From Squalus acanthias (taxonomy: Eukaryota): DNA of 64,000 nucleotides. Made by a program: the position numbers and the translations under genes. The first letter of the stretch is position 1; each line of letters begins with the position of its first letter. A model generated the notes under the pieces. That model made no database searches, was not told the DNA's origin, and was given only the letters and a program-made list of their open reading frames with translations. The DNA is taken from NCBI GenBank assembly GCA_030390025.1, contig CM059432.1, positions 101,806,001 through 101,870,000 of the forward strand, given 5' to 3'. Of this stretch, positions 38,401-50,268 are shown in pieces.

Positions 38401-38505
38401 CGTGCAGCGTTGGATTCGCCTCACCCCAATGATAATGCTCTAGCACCCTGTTAGCGCCATCTGCTGGTGCTAACGGGAGGCACTAAGGTACCGAATTTTT
38501 CCCCC
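35486..38505 (+). mobile_element. Non-autonomous Harbinger: decayed Myb-like gene kept, transposase almost entirely deleted
   Basis: TIR GGGCTAGAAATTC / GAATTTTTCCCCC with TTA TSD. CRKKFNDLTRVVR|gtgagt at ~36050-36090 is the same as in the intact element. Frameshifted exons 2-3. Acidic transposase tail remnant at ~37830-37975. Confidence 0.9.
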
Positions 38506-39036
38506 TTAATCTTTTGAATTATTAACAAAAAATGTGCAAGTTTTAATGCCTCTTTCCTCTTCTAACCTTATACTTAACTGAGCCGCACAGACTATTAGCC
38601 AGTAGCTGATTTTCCCTATAGTCGGCATTTACTCTCACCTGGAGTGTCAGGGGGAAAGTGAAAGTCAGGCTATATTCCATAGGGAGAGAAGCTGAGGGGG
38701 GGAATAAAAATCAGAGGATGGATCAACCTGAGCCACTGTTGTGCACGTCCTAAAGGGTGGTTACACAGTGGCATTGGTACAAAGTTGGCAGTAGGTCACA
38801 TGTCTGTGCTCTCAGTTGGACTGATATGTGGTTCTGGGGAAAGGGGTGGTCCTGGGGAAATTAAAAAAAGAGAAAACAAAACACCAGAAGCATGAATGCG
38901 AGTGCCATTAGAATGTAAACTCATATTTATGGATTTTGATTAATCACAATGGACAAAATGTAATGATGTTAGGAAATTTGTGTTTTTGCAGAGTGGATGA
39001 ATTAACTCTGCCTGAACCACATAAAATAAACATCAT

Positions 39037-39714
39037 GGCCTAAAATTCAGTTGCTTTGCGCGTCCCGTTAGCGCCCTAAGAGGGCAAAGCAACAAACGCC
39101 CGTTAGTGCCCCGCGTCGCTGACGTCATTGGCGTGCGCAGTGCCCCGCTCACACCCAGACCGCGATCTTCGGTAGCGCCCCCTGATTTACCACTGGACGC
39201 TATGTCCGACGGGGTCAGGGGCAGCCTACCTGCGGCTGGGGTAGCGCTATTTAAAGGGAAGGTGCCGGGCAGCCATTTTTGTTGCTGGCCGCCTGCCAGC
39301 TCCTGCCTCCGTTGCCGTCCCTGGCCTCCTCTGAAGCCTCCCCGCGGAGTGCCGGTTGCGCTCCTCGAGCCCTGGCACTGCTCTTGAGTGCCGGGCTCTT
39401 TTGCCGGCACTCTGATCCCTGGTGGCCCAGCTGGGCCCTGGGTCGCGCTGCGCAAGGCCCCTCCCCTTTAAGAAGGGGAGGAAGGCCTGCAGTACCGCGG
39501 TGTGACATGCACGTGGTGCTGCGGCACATAGTGCCGCGATATTCACTCGCAGCGCCCCAAGAGGGAGGTGGGGTGCTTCCAGTAGCACCCCGCTTCCATC
39601 TTGGGGCGCTACTGATTGATCTCGGCCGCGGGGGCGCTAATTTTTTTGGGGCGCTAAAAGTTGTGCCCCGGCGAAGTTAGCGCCCCAAAGGGGGCGCGAC
39701 TCAATTTTTCCCCC
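39037..39714 (-). mobile_element. Non-autonomous partner (678 bp) of the intact Harbinger
   Basis: Both ends closely match the ends of 18765-22929 in opposite orientation (e.g. GGGGGAAAAATTGAGTCGCGCCCC). CAT on both flanks. Confidence 0.9.
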
Positions 39715-40399
39715 CATGTGACATAATAGCATAATTTTTTCATGGCAAGTCTTCTGCTTTAGGATATTGCTTGACAAGAGCATGAATCAGAGTTCAACAC
39801 AGTTAATCAGTAGCACTCGTACTTTCCGATGAGTAATTTTAATCAATGCTCAATTCTCTAATCCGCACGTCCATCAAGTAAAATTCAGGAGTGGAGCCAT
39901 GCAAAATTTATCCTCAAATCTTTGCTGTTCTATCATTTTCTCATTTATATATACATCTGTGATGAGTTTTTTCAGAACTGTTGCAAATATTTCTGAAATT
40001 ATTCTACAGGTTTAAAGTAACTCAACAAGGTATCCAACCAGAACAAGATGAACTTCAGCAGATGTTATGTTCGCCTTTCCCAATATGAAAAACATGTACT
40101 TGGATGGAAAGCAATGTTACAATGTGAGAGAGAGTTTTATAAAAGGAAAGTGTCCAGGTCCTTGCTGGGATAGCAGATGTTCCTAGAATACTCTTGGGAA
40201 GAACTCTGGAGGTAGTTTAAAGCCATATTTGAAAAGGAAAATATTGTATTCACAGTGCTGTATATATGCTAGAAAACTTTAAGTAAAATTTCCCTTTGGC
40301 AAGAATCCAAAATAGAACTGAATGTGTATAAGAGCAACGACATTTTGAGCTGCAAAACTTGCACAAATGGTGGGTTTGACAATCCACTGCTAGCACCAT

Positions 40400-41173
40400 G
40401 GGGCAGAAATTCGGCTGTTGTCGGGTGAGTACGCACTGTGTACTCACCCGTGGACGGAACGAAAGTGCCGGTTTCTTGCATGCACTGCGCATGCGTGGGA
40501 AACCGGCACTTCCGTTCCCCTGAGGAAAGGAGTTCAGAGGTTGAACACGCACGCCGGAGGGCCAGTGCGTTCGCCTCGCGCTTCAGATTTTTTTACAGGT
40601 TCCTCCGTGAAGGTAAGCACGGAGAAGATACACTTTAAAAAAGGATGCGCAAGGCCTTCTTTTAACAAGGTAAGTGTTGATTTTATTAAAAATTAAACAT
40701 TTTTTTCACAGATTTATCTTTTTTAATTACTTTAAAGAAAGGTAAGTTTAGTTTTAGCCCCGTAAAAAAAGTAATTAATTTTTTCAAAAATTTAAATTTT
40801 TGTTTAAAATAATGTAATAATGTTATAATGTAATTTATAGTTATTTTAAAAATGTGATGTTATTTAAAAAAAAATATTTTTAGTTTTAGGGATGTTTTGG
40901 GGCCGATCTGTATTCATAGATTTGACAGGTCTTCCTGTCAAATCTATGAATGAAAGATGGTCTGCTGCTATTGGCTCTCCATGGCCCACGTGATCCCAGG
41001 GGACGCATCGCACTAACTACGCCCCTGGGATACACAAGCACTGCGTGCCGGCAGCTGCAGGAGGCCCAGGAGCCGAAGTCCCCGTGGGCCCAGAGGTCAA
41101 CGGCAGGCGCGGTAGGTAGGTGCGCGCGCGATCCTTGCACCCGCGGGAAGCCAGGGAGCCGAATTTCTGGCCC
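40400..41173 (+). mobile_element. MITE family A, copy 2
   Basis: TIR GGGGCAGAAATTCGGC / GCCGAATTTCTGGCCC. Colinear with 1599-2362. Confidence 0.9.
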
Positions 41174-41895
41174 AATTATTTCAATTCTACACTAGAAGCA
41201 ATTTTAGCTCCTGAGCTACGGAAAGGGAACAAGCCAGCTGACTAAGCCCAAACTGCACTGTAAGATGTATTTCCCACCTTAGGAAAAGAGAAATTCCTTA
41301 TGTAGATTAACATGCCAGCAAAGGCTGGAAGGGTTTTACACTCCAATGGCATTCCAAAACGTCAGCTTTTTGTTTGTATTGCAGATTGTGCTGGTGTCAT
41401 ACCAGATAAAATCACTGCTCAGGAATCTTAGAAGATTGAGGAAAGCCTTAATAAATGTTATATTATTGGCTGAAATCTACAAGCTTATAAAGATTGACTT
41501 ATAGATCATCTGAGGGTTTCCAGACATCTGTGAAAGATTCAGCCTAACTCTAATTTTTGGCACCCATAAAATGTGCCTGAACAGTGTCATTTATTGATCA
41601 CTTTGGAAGACATGACAGGAATGACACAATGACTAGAGCAAAAGCATTGGTCATGAAAGAAAGAACTTGTATATATAAGTTTCAGTCTATCACTTCCTCC
41701 GGATATACCAAAGCACTTCACAGTCAATCGCCTCCTTTTGAAGTGTAGTCATTGTTATGTAGGCAATTAGGACTGCCAATTTAAACACAGCAAGGCCCCA
41801 CAACAGCATTAAGATAAATGACCAGTAATCTGTTTTTCTGGGGCTATTGATTCAAGCTTAAACACAGGCCAGGCCACTCTCAGTGCTATGCTCTT

Positions 41896-42061
41896 TGATG
41901 TAAGGAAAGATTTGAATATATTTTGTCTGTGTTTAAATTGTGAATTCTGGGAGATTCTCTCACTGCTAAACTTACCTGACGAAGGAGCGAACTGCTCCGA
42001 AAGCTTGTAAAATTAAATAAATCTGTTGGACTATAACCTGGTGTTGTGCGACTTCTCATTT
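41896..42061 (+). mobile_element. Short Penelope-type element, copy 2, inserted in a Deu-SINE
   Basis: Same sequence as 12272-12403 with a slightly longer 5' part. AATAAA follows the ribozyme. Interrupts the SINE between TGCTCTT and CTTCAAA. Confidence 0.8.
41972..42010 (+). ncRNA. Minimal type I hammerhead ribozyme motif, copy 2
   Basis: TTAC-CTGACGA(41976-41982)-A-GGAGCGAACTGCTCC-GAAA(41999-42002)-GCTT-GTAA. Confidence 0.7.
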
Positions 42062-42771
42062 TTCTTCAAATAATGCCATGGGATCTTTTACTTCCACCTT
42101 AGAGGGCAGATGAGGTTTTGCCTTAATGTTTCATATAAAGGACGGCCTGTCTGACAATGCTGCACTCTGTCAATACTGCAGAGAAGTGAGTATGTGCGCA
42201 AGTCTCGGAGTGGGGCTTGAGCCACAACCTTCTGTTAAGGAGAACATCCGGGCTTATCTTATTCAAATCAAAATGCCGTAGTAGTTTTAAAAAAAATTAT
42301 CTCTGAGAAAGTCTGAAGATAATCCTTTCTCAACCAGAAGCCTCCAAGAGGTTGGTATAATTGGTGCTCATTTGCATCATAATTAAAGGTTAGAGCTTTC
42401 CTTGCATTATTTCGCCATGGGAAATAACTTTTAGCTCAGTAAATCACATATATCCTGGATCACTTATCCAGAATAGGCTGTGACTAGATAAAATTATGTT
42501 CCTCGTAAACAATTATGAATACAAGATTACGGGTTCTTGAATGGAGTCTTGACCACGACTAAGATAACTTATGGGAAAGTCATATTTCAGTTACACTAGA
42601 CATCTAGTGCTTGAACGAGAATGATTCCAGCTCCGCTCCAGTTGTACCAGAAGCAGGACTCTAGACGATTGGACGACAATGGTTAGTGGACTGTCCATGT
42701 GCCTCTGAAAGCCGAGTTCAAATGCAGCCCGGCCTGATGGGTAAAAACATTCTCTTTCCATTGGATACAAG

Positions 42772-43423
42772 GGGCTGGATTTTGCCAGCCCTGCGGAGGT
42801 GGGTTTGGAGGCGGGACTGCCGGAAAAATGACAGAATCTGAGGGCGGGTACCCATCCCTCCCCCAACCCACCTCCATGCCATCTTCCCAGGAGGCACCCA
42901 TCACTTACCTCCACAGCGCACTTTTGGACCTCTCCGACCCCCGCAGACCCACTGCTCGCCTCGGTGACCCTGGCAGGGTTTCCCGACGTCGGGAAGCCCG
43001 CGCCTCTGGTGGAAAAATGGGGATAATCCTCTTAACTGCCTGTTAGCCACCTGTTGCCAGGCAGTTAATTGGCTGTAATCCCCTTCCCGCCTCCAGGAGA
43101 CAGGACCCGGCGTGGGTTGGCTACCCGCCTCCTGGGAAGATGGCATGAAGGACTCATCAAACAACAGAGAATGTCAGTGTTTCACAGAACTGTCAAACGA
43201 TGACAATTCATCTGTCAAAAATTTTTAACAGATGAAACGTCATACGCTGACATTCTCTGTAACTGGCTTCCCCTTAATTGACCTGCTAAGCCCGATGGGC
43301 GGGCTTAACAAGGTCAATCAAGGGAAAATAGCATGGGTTGGCCACAAGTCGATGGAGGCGGGACTAAAACCCGACAAGCAGCAGTCCCGCCTCCAACACG
43401 CCCCCATTGGCAAAATCACCCCC
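42772..43423 (-). mobile_element. MITE family B, copy 2 (inverted, internally rearranged)
   Basis: Termini GGGCTGGATTTTGCC / GGCAAAATCACCCCC. Homologous to 9434-10246, with an internal inversion and a deletion. Confidence 0.85.
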
Positions 43424-43749
43424 ATGGTTTCCAAATAAACAGAGTCTGAGCAATTTAAACTCTCTTGTCATTAAGCTGCAGCTCAAAACTGCCAATCAGA
43501 AAGGTTGTAAAGGTGGCTAGCATGGGAAATTAAAAAATAAAAGACACTTCTGCATTAATGATCTTCTAAGATTGCGGTTAAATTATATGTTGGAGCAGAG
43601 AATGAGATTCATCCTTCATCTGTGCTGAGCTTCATGCTGATACAGCAAGCCAAAATTAGAAGAATGTTATTCCACAACATTGACATTCTTCACCTTGATG
43701 AGCACAAAAAATATCTTTGTCCTGTCCCTCTCACCAAAATAAGAGTAAA

Positions 43750-43915
43750 TTTGTAATCATTCTTGGATGGGCACTTGAAGTGCCGTAACCTACAGGGCTA
43801 CGGACCAAGAGCTGGAAAGTGGGATTAGGCTGGATAGCTCTTTGTCAGCCGGCACGGACACGATGGGCCGAAATGGCCTCCTTCCACGCTGTAAATTTCT
43901 ATGATTCTCCGATTC
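43750..43915 (+). mobile_element. CR1 3' fragment
   Basis: CAGGGCTACGGACCAAGAGCTGGAAAGTGGGATTAG...GATGGGCCGAAATGGCCTCC...TTCTATGATTCT. Confidence 0.75.
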
Positions 43916-44787
43916 ATTCTTTAGGTGACAACTTCAACAATCAAAATGGAGGGGCATATAACAGACTATCCACAGTACACAGCCTAATTAATGATCAATT
44001 ATGCATAATTATATGACATGTTTTGGGTTACCAAACCTTAACCAGTTTGTTCTTATTTTGCATCCAGGTGCTACCAAACTAGACACAAATACATTATCCA
44101 GGTGTTGTGTAATTTTATGGTAGTCCAATAAATTTGTACATTGAAATTGACTCCCAAACTATTACATATAAGGAAACCTAAAGACTATCAGTTCCAAGTG
44201 CTCAAGCATGGCCATTGTTAGTGATTTAAAATACAATGCAAAATGATTGTTTACGGAGGTTATTTACATTGAAAGCTAATCATACTTCCTTAATCTAACT
44301 ATTTATTAACTTAATAAAGTTGCTGTATTGATAACCATAGATCTGGCTAATATATTGCAGATGTAACTACATGTTTAGTATTGCTAAAATAGAACATGTA
44401 CATAAAAATATTGCAGAAACACCTTATAGCATGACATTTGTACTCTTTAGATTTAGTACAAGGTACAAAATTAATCTTTTTGCACACTTTAGTTTTGTAC
44501 TATAGTGTAATCATATTATACTGTGGCACAAACAAACAATTGTATATGCAGAAGAACTGTAACAAGCCAATGTAACACATACAGTACTGTTTAAAAATCA
44601 GATGATATTGTACCTAAAGTTTTCTTCAAACTATAAAAACTATTCTAAAAAACAACGCAGTACTGTTTATAATTATATACTTAATTGTGCTGTGCTGATC
44701 GTTCTTGAGGTCAGTTCAGTACTGTGCAACAATTTACAGATTTAATCATCAGAAAATATACCGTGTGGTAATCCAATGTTCTCTTTC

Positions 44788-45262
44788 TTAGGCAGTCCCT
44801 CGGAACCAAGGATGACTTGCTTCCACACTAAAAATTAGTTCTCAGATGACTGATGAGTCCAATGCAGGACCTACAGTCTCTGTCACAGGTGGGGCAGACG
44901 ATGGTTGAAGGGGTGGGTGGGTGGGGTGCTTGGGTTGATGTGCGCTCCTTCCACTGTTTGCGCTTGGCTTCCGCTTGTTCCTGGCGAAGAGACTCGAGGT
45001 GTTCGGCGCCTTCCCGATGCTTCTCCTCCACTTTGTGCGGTCTTGGGCCAGGGATTCCCAGGTGTCGGTGGGGATGTTGCACTTTTTCAAGGAGGCTTTG
45101 AGGGTGTACTTGAAGCATTTCCTCTGCCCACCTGGGGCTCTCTTGCCGTGTCGGAGCTCTGAGTAGAGTGCTTGTTTTGGGAGTCTCGTATCGGGCATGC
45201 GGACGATGTGGCCCGTCCATCGGAGCTGATCGAGCGTGGTCAAAGCTTCGATGCTGTAATTC
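44788..45262 (-). mobile_element. RTE-clade LINE 3' fragment
   Basis: QLRWTGHIVRMPDTRLPKQALYSEL...GGQRK and a C-terminal CPTCDRDCRSCIGLISH zinc finger. Confidence 0.9.
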
Positions 45263-45819
45263 ATCATTCATCCATATGTTGTACTACTACACTACAGTAT
45301 ACATGGAGTTTTTAAGCGTGCTTTTTCAACACTGAAGTATATAATTGTTATTTGCTTAGAACACAAGTAACTTGATCTTAAATTGTTAGGTGTTCCAGTG
45401 AAGCCTCAAGCTCTTCTCCTGCCTCATGTAGTGAAAATGGAACAAGGGAGGTTGATCACAATACCATGAGCTGTTAGCATCCTCTTTCCTGTCACAATCA
45501 GTGGCTGAGATTTCACCAACAAGGCTTAGAATCTAATCATCAGAGAACAGCTTCTCAGCATCTACTGACTAATTAACTTCAATAGCAGTCATTAAGGCAG
45601 AATATTATATCACTTAGACTGTCTATTCTGTTTTATTTGTTTTCTTTGCAGTATCTCTAGCATTGTGACCATGAAGAAGAGGTCTTCTCTGTGCCAGGAA
45701 GTATTCTGTTACGGTTCTGTTTGGCACCTTCTATCAAAGCCTTTCAGGCTTCACAAATGAGTAAACTGAATGCTTTAGGTTGTTGCAATCCATATTGCAA
45801 TCCAAGGCATATGCAAACT

Positions 45820-46765
45820 ACAGAAACAATAAAGGAGATAAGAAAAGCAAATGTGATGAGCTCAGTAAAGAGGTAAAAGAAAACAATCAGGAAGGCAAAG
45901 AGGAAATTGCAAAAGTATCAAATAACATAAAAAGAAATAATAAAGTATTCTATAGGCACATTAGAAACAAAAGAAAAATGATGATTGGGATAGGGCCACG
46001 AAGGGATGAGCAAGATGAACTCACAGGAGATGACACTGAAATAGCAGAGATATTAAATAGATATGTTGGCTCATTGAAGAGGCTAATGGAGAGGAAATTA
46101 CAACAGTAGAAGTTAAGAGAGATTTTACATCAGTTACGATATAAAGAAAGGAGATACTAGGCAAACTAGCCAAACTTAAGAACAACCCAGGGTCCAGATG
46201 GATTACACCCATGGACACTATGGAGGAGATAGCAGAGGCTCTAGTATCAATATATAAAAATCAATAGGTGAAGGAATAGTGCCAGGGGACTGCCAATCAG
46301 CAAATATAATTCATATCTTCAAAAAGAGAGATAGAACTAACCTAAGGAACTATAGATCAGTTAGCTTAACATCAGTGGTAGGAAAGATACTGGAATCTTT
46401 GTTAAAAGACAAGATAACAAATCATCGAGAGACAGAGAATATAATAAAAATAGTCAGCCTAGATTTCTAAAAGGAAGGTCATATTTTACCAACCTCATTG
46501 AATTCTTTGAGAAATAATAGAAAGAGTAGACAAGAGTAATGCAGTGGATGTGTTATACAGTGACTTTCAGAAGGCCTTCGATAAGGTGCCGCATGATAGA
46601 CTCACTCCAAGGTCAGGACATGTGGAGTCAGGGGCCAGCTAGCAGAATGGATTGAAGGATGGCTACAAAGCAGAAAAGAGAGGGTAGGAGTTAAGGGAAG
46701 TTTCTCAGAGTAGCATAAAGTAGGAAGTGTTGTTCTGCAGGGATTCATGCTGGGACCACTGTTGG
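45820..46765 (+). mobile_element. Decayed CR1 ORF2 fragment
   Basis: NYRSVSLTSVVGKILE and DFQKAFDKVPH motifs, with stops and frameshifts. Confidence 0.85.
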
Positions 46766-47217
46766 CAACATATATTATAAATATATCACTGGTTTGAAGA
46801 TTCTTAGTTTTATTGTTTTGGGTCCCTATTTGCCTTTCATATGTGGTTGATTGTGATTAAAATCTATATAATTAAAAGTCTTGTATCGACTGTATATCTA
46901 CAGTGAGTGGGAAAGTGTTGTTTATACTTCAAAGAGTCACAAGATATCACATAATTATGAGAAAGGCCATGTAGCCCATTTAAGTTTGTCCATGTAGAGA
47001 GATCCTAGAGTCACCCATTTCAGTATCTAATTGCTTCTGAACACAAGTGTCTGTCACACTTATTGTGGTTATTAAAGCTAACTATGCTCATTCCCTCAAG
47101 TATAGACAAGGATGAAAGCCTATCACTTACAAACCAGTAGACAAATAGGAAAAGCTATTAATTATGAACCCCCAACCCACATAAAACCAACCAATCAAAT
47201 CACTCATTTTTTTCCCT

Positions 47218-47800
47218 TGAACCTTTATAAAACACTGGTTCGGGCTCAACTGGAGTATTGTGTCCAATTATGGGCATTGCACTTTAGGAAGGATGTGAAG
47301 GCCTTAGAGAGGGTGCAGAAAAGATTTACAAGAATGATTCCAGGGATGAGGGACTTCAGTTATATGGATAGACTGGAGAAGCTGGTGCTGTTCTCCTTAG
47401 AGCAGAGAAGGTTGAGAGGAGATTTGATAGAGGTGTTCAAAATCATGAGGGGTCTAGACAGAGTAGATAGAGAGAAACTGTTCCCATTGGCGGAAGGTTC
47501 AAGAACCAGAGGACACAGATTCAAGGTGATTGGCAAAAGAACCAAAGGCGACATGAGGAAAAACTTTTTTACCCAGCGAGTGGTTAAGATCTGGAATGCA
47601 CTGTCTGAAAGGGTGGTGGAGGCAGACTCAATCGTGGCTTTCAAAAGGGAATTGGATAATTACCTGAGGGGAAAAAATTTGCAGGGCTACGGGGAAAGGG
47701 CGGGTGAGTGGGACTAGCTGAAGTGCTCTTGCAGAGAGCCAGCATAGGCTCGATGGGTCGAATGGCCTCCTTCTGTGCTGTAACCATTCTATGATTCTAT
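47218..47800 (+). mobile_element. CR1 3' fragment
   Basis: LYKTLVRAQLEYCVQLW...RLRGDLIEVFK, with an ATTCTATGATTCTAT tail. Confidence 0.9.
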
Positions 47801-47903
47801 TATTAAACATAAACCAATTGCAACAAAAATGAATCCAATGATTTAAACTACTTTTCCAATTTTTTTGACATCCATGTTCTTTCCTCAGCAAGCAAATTAT
47901 ATA

Positions 47904-50268
47904 CAACTGCCAGTCTGGGCCTGCGACAGGTGGTGAGAGAACCAACCAGAGGGAAAAACCTACTTGACCTCATCCTCACCAATCTACCTGTCGCAGATGC
48001 ATCTGTCCATGACAGTATTGGTAGCAGTGACCACCGCACAGTCATTGTGGAGACGAAGTCCCGACTTCACACTGAGGACACTCTCCATCATGTTGTGTGG
48101 CACTACCACCGTGCTAAATGGGATAGGCTCAGAACAGATCTAGCAGCTGAAAACTGGGCATCCATGAGGCGCTGTGGGCCATCAGAAGCAGCAGAATTGT
48201 ATTCCACCACAATCTGTAACATCATGGCCCGGCATATCCCTCACTCTACCATTACCACCAAGCCAGGGGACCAACCCTGGTTCAACAACGAGTGTAGAAG
48301 AGCATGCCAGGAGCAGCACCAGGCGTACCTAAAAATGAGGTGCCAACCTGGGGAAGCTGCAACACAGGACTACATGCATGCTAAAAAGCGGAAGCAGCAT
48401 GCTATAGAGAGGGCTAAGCGATCCCACAATCAACGGATCAGATCAAAGCTCTGCAGTCCTGCCACATCCAGTCGTGAATGGTGGTGGACCATTAAACAAC
48501 TAACGGGAGGAGGAGGCTCCAAGAATATCCCCATCCTTAATGATGGTGGAGCCCAGCACGTGAGTGCAAAAGACAAGGCTGAAGCGTTTGCAACCAATTT
48601 TAGCCAGAAGTGCCGAGTGGATGATCCATATCGGCCTACTCCCGAGGTCTCCACCATCACAGAAGCCATTCTTCAGCCAATTCGATTCACTCCACGTGAT
48701 ATCAAGAAACGGCTGAGCGCACTGGATACAGCAAAGGCTATGGGCCCCGACAACATCCCGGCTATCGTGCTGAAGACTTGTGCTCCAGAACTAGCCGCGC
48801 CTCTAGCCAAGCTGTTCCAGTACAGCTACAACACTGGCAATGTGGAAAACTGTCCAGGTATGTCCTGTCCACAAAATGCAGGACAAATCCAACCTGGCCA
48901 ATTAACGCCCCATCAGTCTACTCTCAATCATCAGCAAAGTGATGGAAGGTGTCATCGACAGTGCTATCAAGTGGCACTTACTCACCAATAACCTGCTCAC
49001 TGATGCCCAGTTTGGGTTCCGCCAAGACCACTCGGCTCCCGACCTCATTACAGCCTTGGTCCAAACATGGACAAAGGAGCTGAATTCCAGAGGTGAGGCA
49101 CGAGTGATTGCCCTTGACATCAAGGCAGCATTTGACCGAGTCTGGCATCAAGGAGCCCTAGTAAAACTGAAGTCAATGGGAATCAGGGGGAAAATGCTCC
49201 ACTGGCTGGAGTCATACCTAGCACAAAGGAAGATGGTTGTGGTGGTTGAAGGTCAATCATCACAGCCCCAGGACATCGCTGCAGGAGTTCCTCAGGGCAG
49301 TGTCCTAGGCCCAACTATCTTCAGCTGCTTCATCAATGACCTTCCCTCCAACATAAGGTCAGAAATGGGGATGTTCGCTGATGACTGCACAGTGTTCAGC
49401 GCCATTCGCAACTCCACAGATAATGAAGCAGTCCATGCCCGCATGCAACAAGACCTGGACGACGTTCAAGCTTGGGCTGATAAGTGGCAGGTAACATTCG
49501 CGCCACAGAAGTGCCAGGCAATGACTATCTCCAACAAGCGAGAGTCTAACCACCTCCCCTTGACATTCAATGGCATTACCATTGCCGAATCCCCCACCCA
49601 ATCCCAACATCCTGGGGGTCACCATTAACCAGAAACTTAACTGGACCAGCCACATAAATACTGTGGCAACAAGAGTAGGTCAGAGGCTAGGTATTCTGTG
49701 GCGAGTGTCTCACCTCTTGACTCCCCAAAGCCTTTCCACCATCTACAAGACACAAGTAAGGAGTGTGATGGAATATTCTCCACTTGCCTGGATGAGTACA
49801 GCTCCAACAACACTCAAGCAGCTCGACACCATCCAGGACAAAGCAGCCCGCTTGATTGGCACCCCATCCACCACCTTAAATATTCACTCCCTCCATCACT
49901 GGCATACTGTGGCTGCAGTGTGTACCATCTACAAGATGCACTGCAGCAACTCGCCAAGGCTCCCAAACCCGCGACCTCTTCCAACTAGAAGGACAAGGGC
50001 AGCAAGCGCATGGGCACACCACCACCTCCAAGTTCCCCTCCAAGTCACACACTATCCTGACTTAGAAGTATATCGCCAATCCTTCATCATCGCTGGGTCA
50101 AAATCCTGGAACTCCCTACCGAACAGCACTGTGGGAGTACTATCACCACACGGACTGCAGCGGTTCAAGAAGGCGGCTCACCACCAGCTTCTCAAGGGGA
50201 ACTAGGGATGGGCAATAAATGCTGGCATTGCCAGCGACGCCCTGATCCCATAAACAAATAAAAAAAAA
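47904..50268 (+). mobile_element. 5'-truncated LINE (APE C-terminus + RT, about two frameshifts) with A-rich tail
   Basis: ORFs 47930-48991, 48939-49628 and 49570-50205 with [35 protein letters not shown] and MFADD motifs. Confidence 0.95.

Larger units (their letters stand above)
41660..42235 (-). mobile_element. Deu-domain SINE (decayed), interrupted by the Penelope fragment
   Basis: CAAAGCACTTCACAG...TTTTGAAGTGTAGTCA...GCACAGCAAG-like and TGCCATGGGATCTTTTAC...CACCT motifs. Shares its head with 17785-17912. Confidence 0.65.

Noticed and set aside
44850..44875. CTGATGA-GTCC-AATGCA-GGAC looks like a hammerhead core plus stem II
   Set aside because: It is followed by CTAC instead of GAAA, and it is the antisense of the RTE zinc-finger coding sequence.
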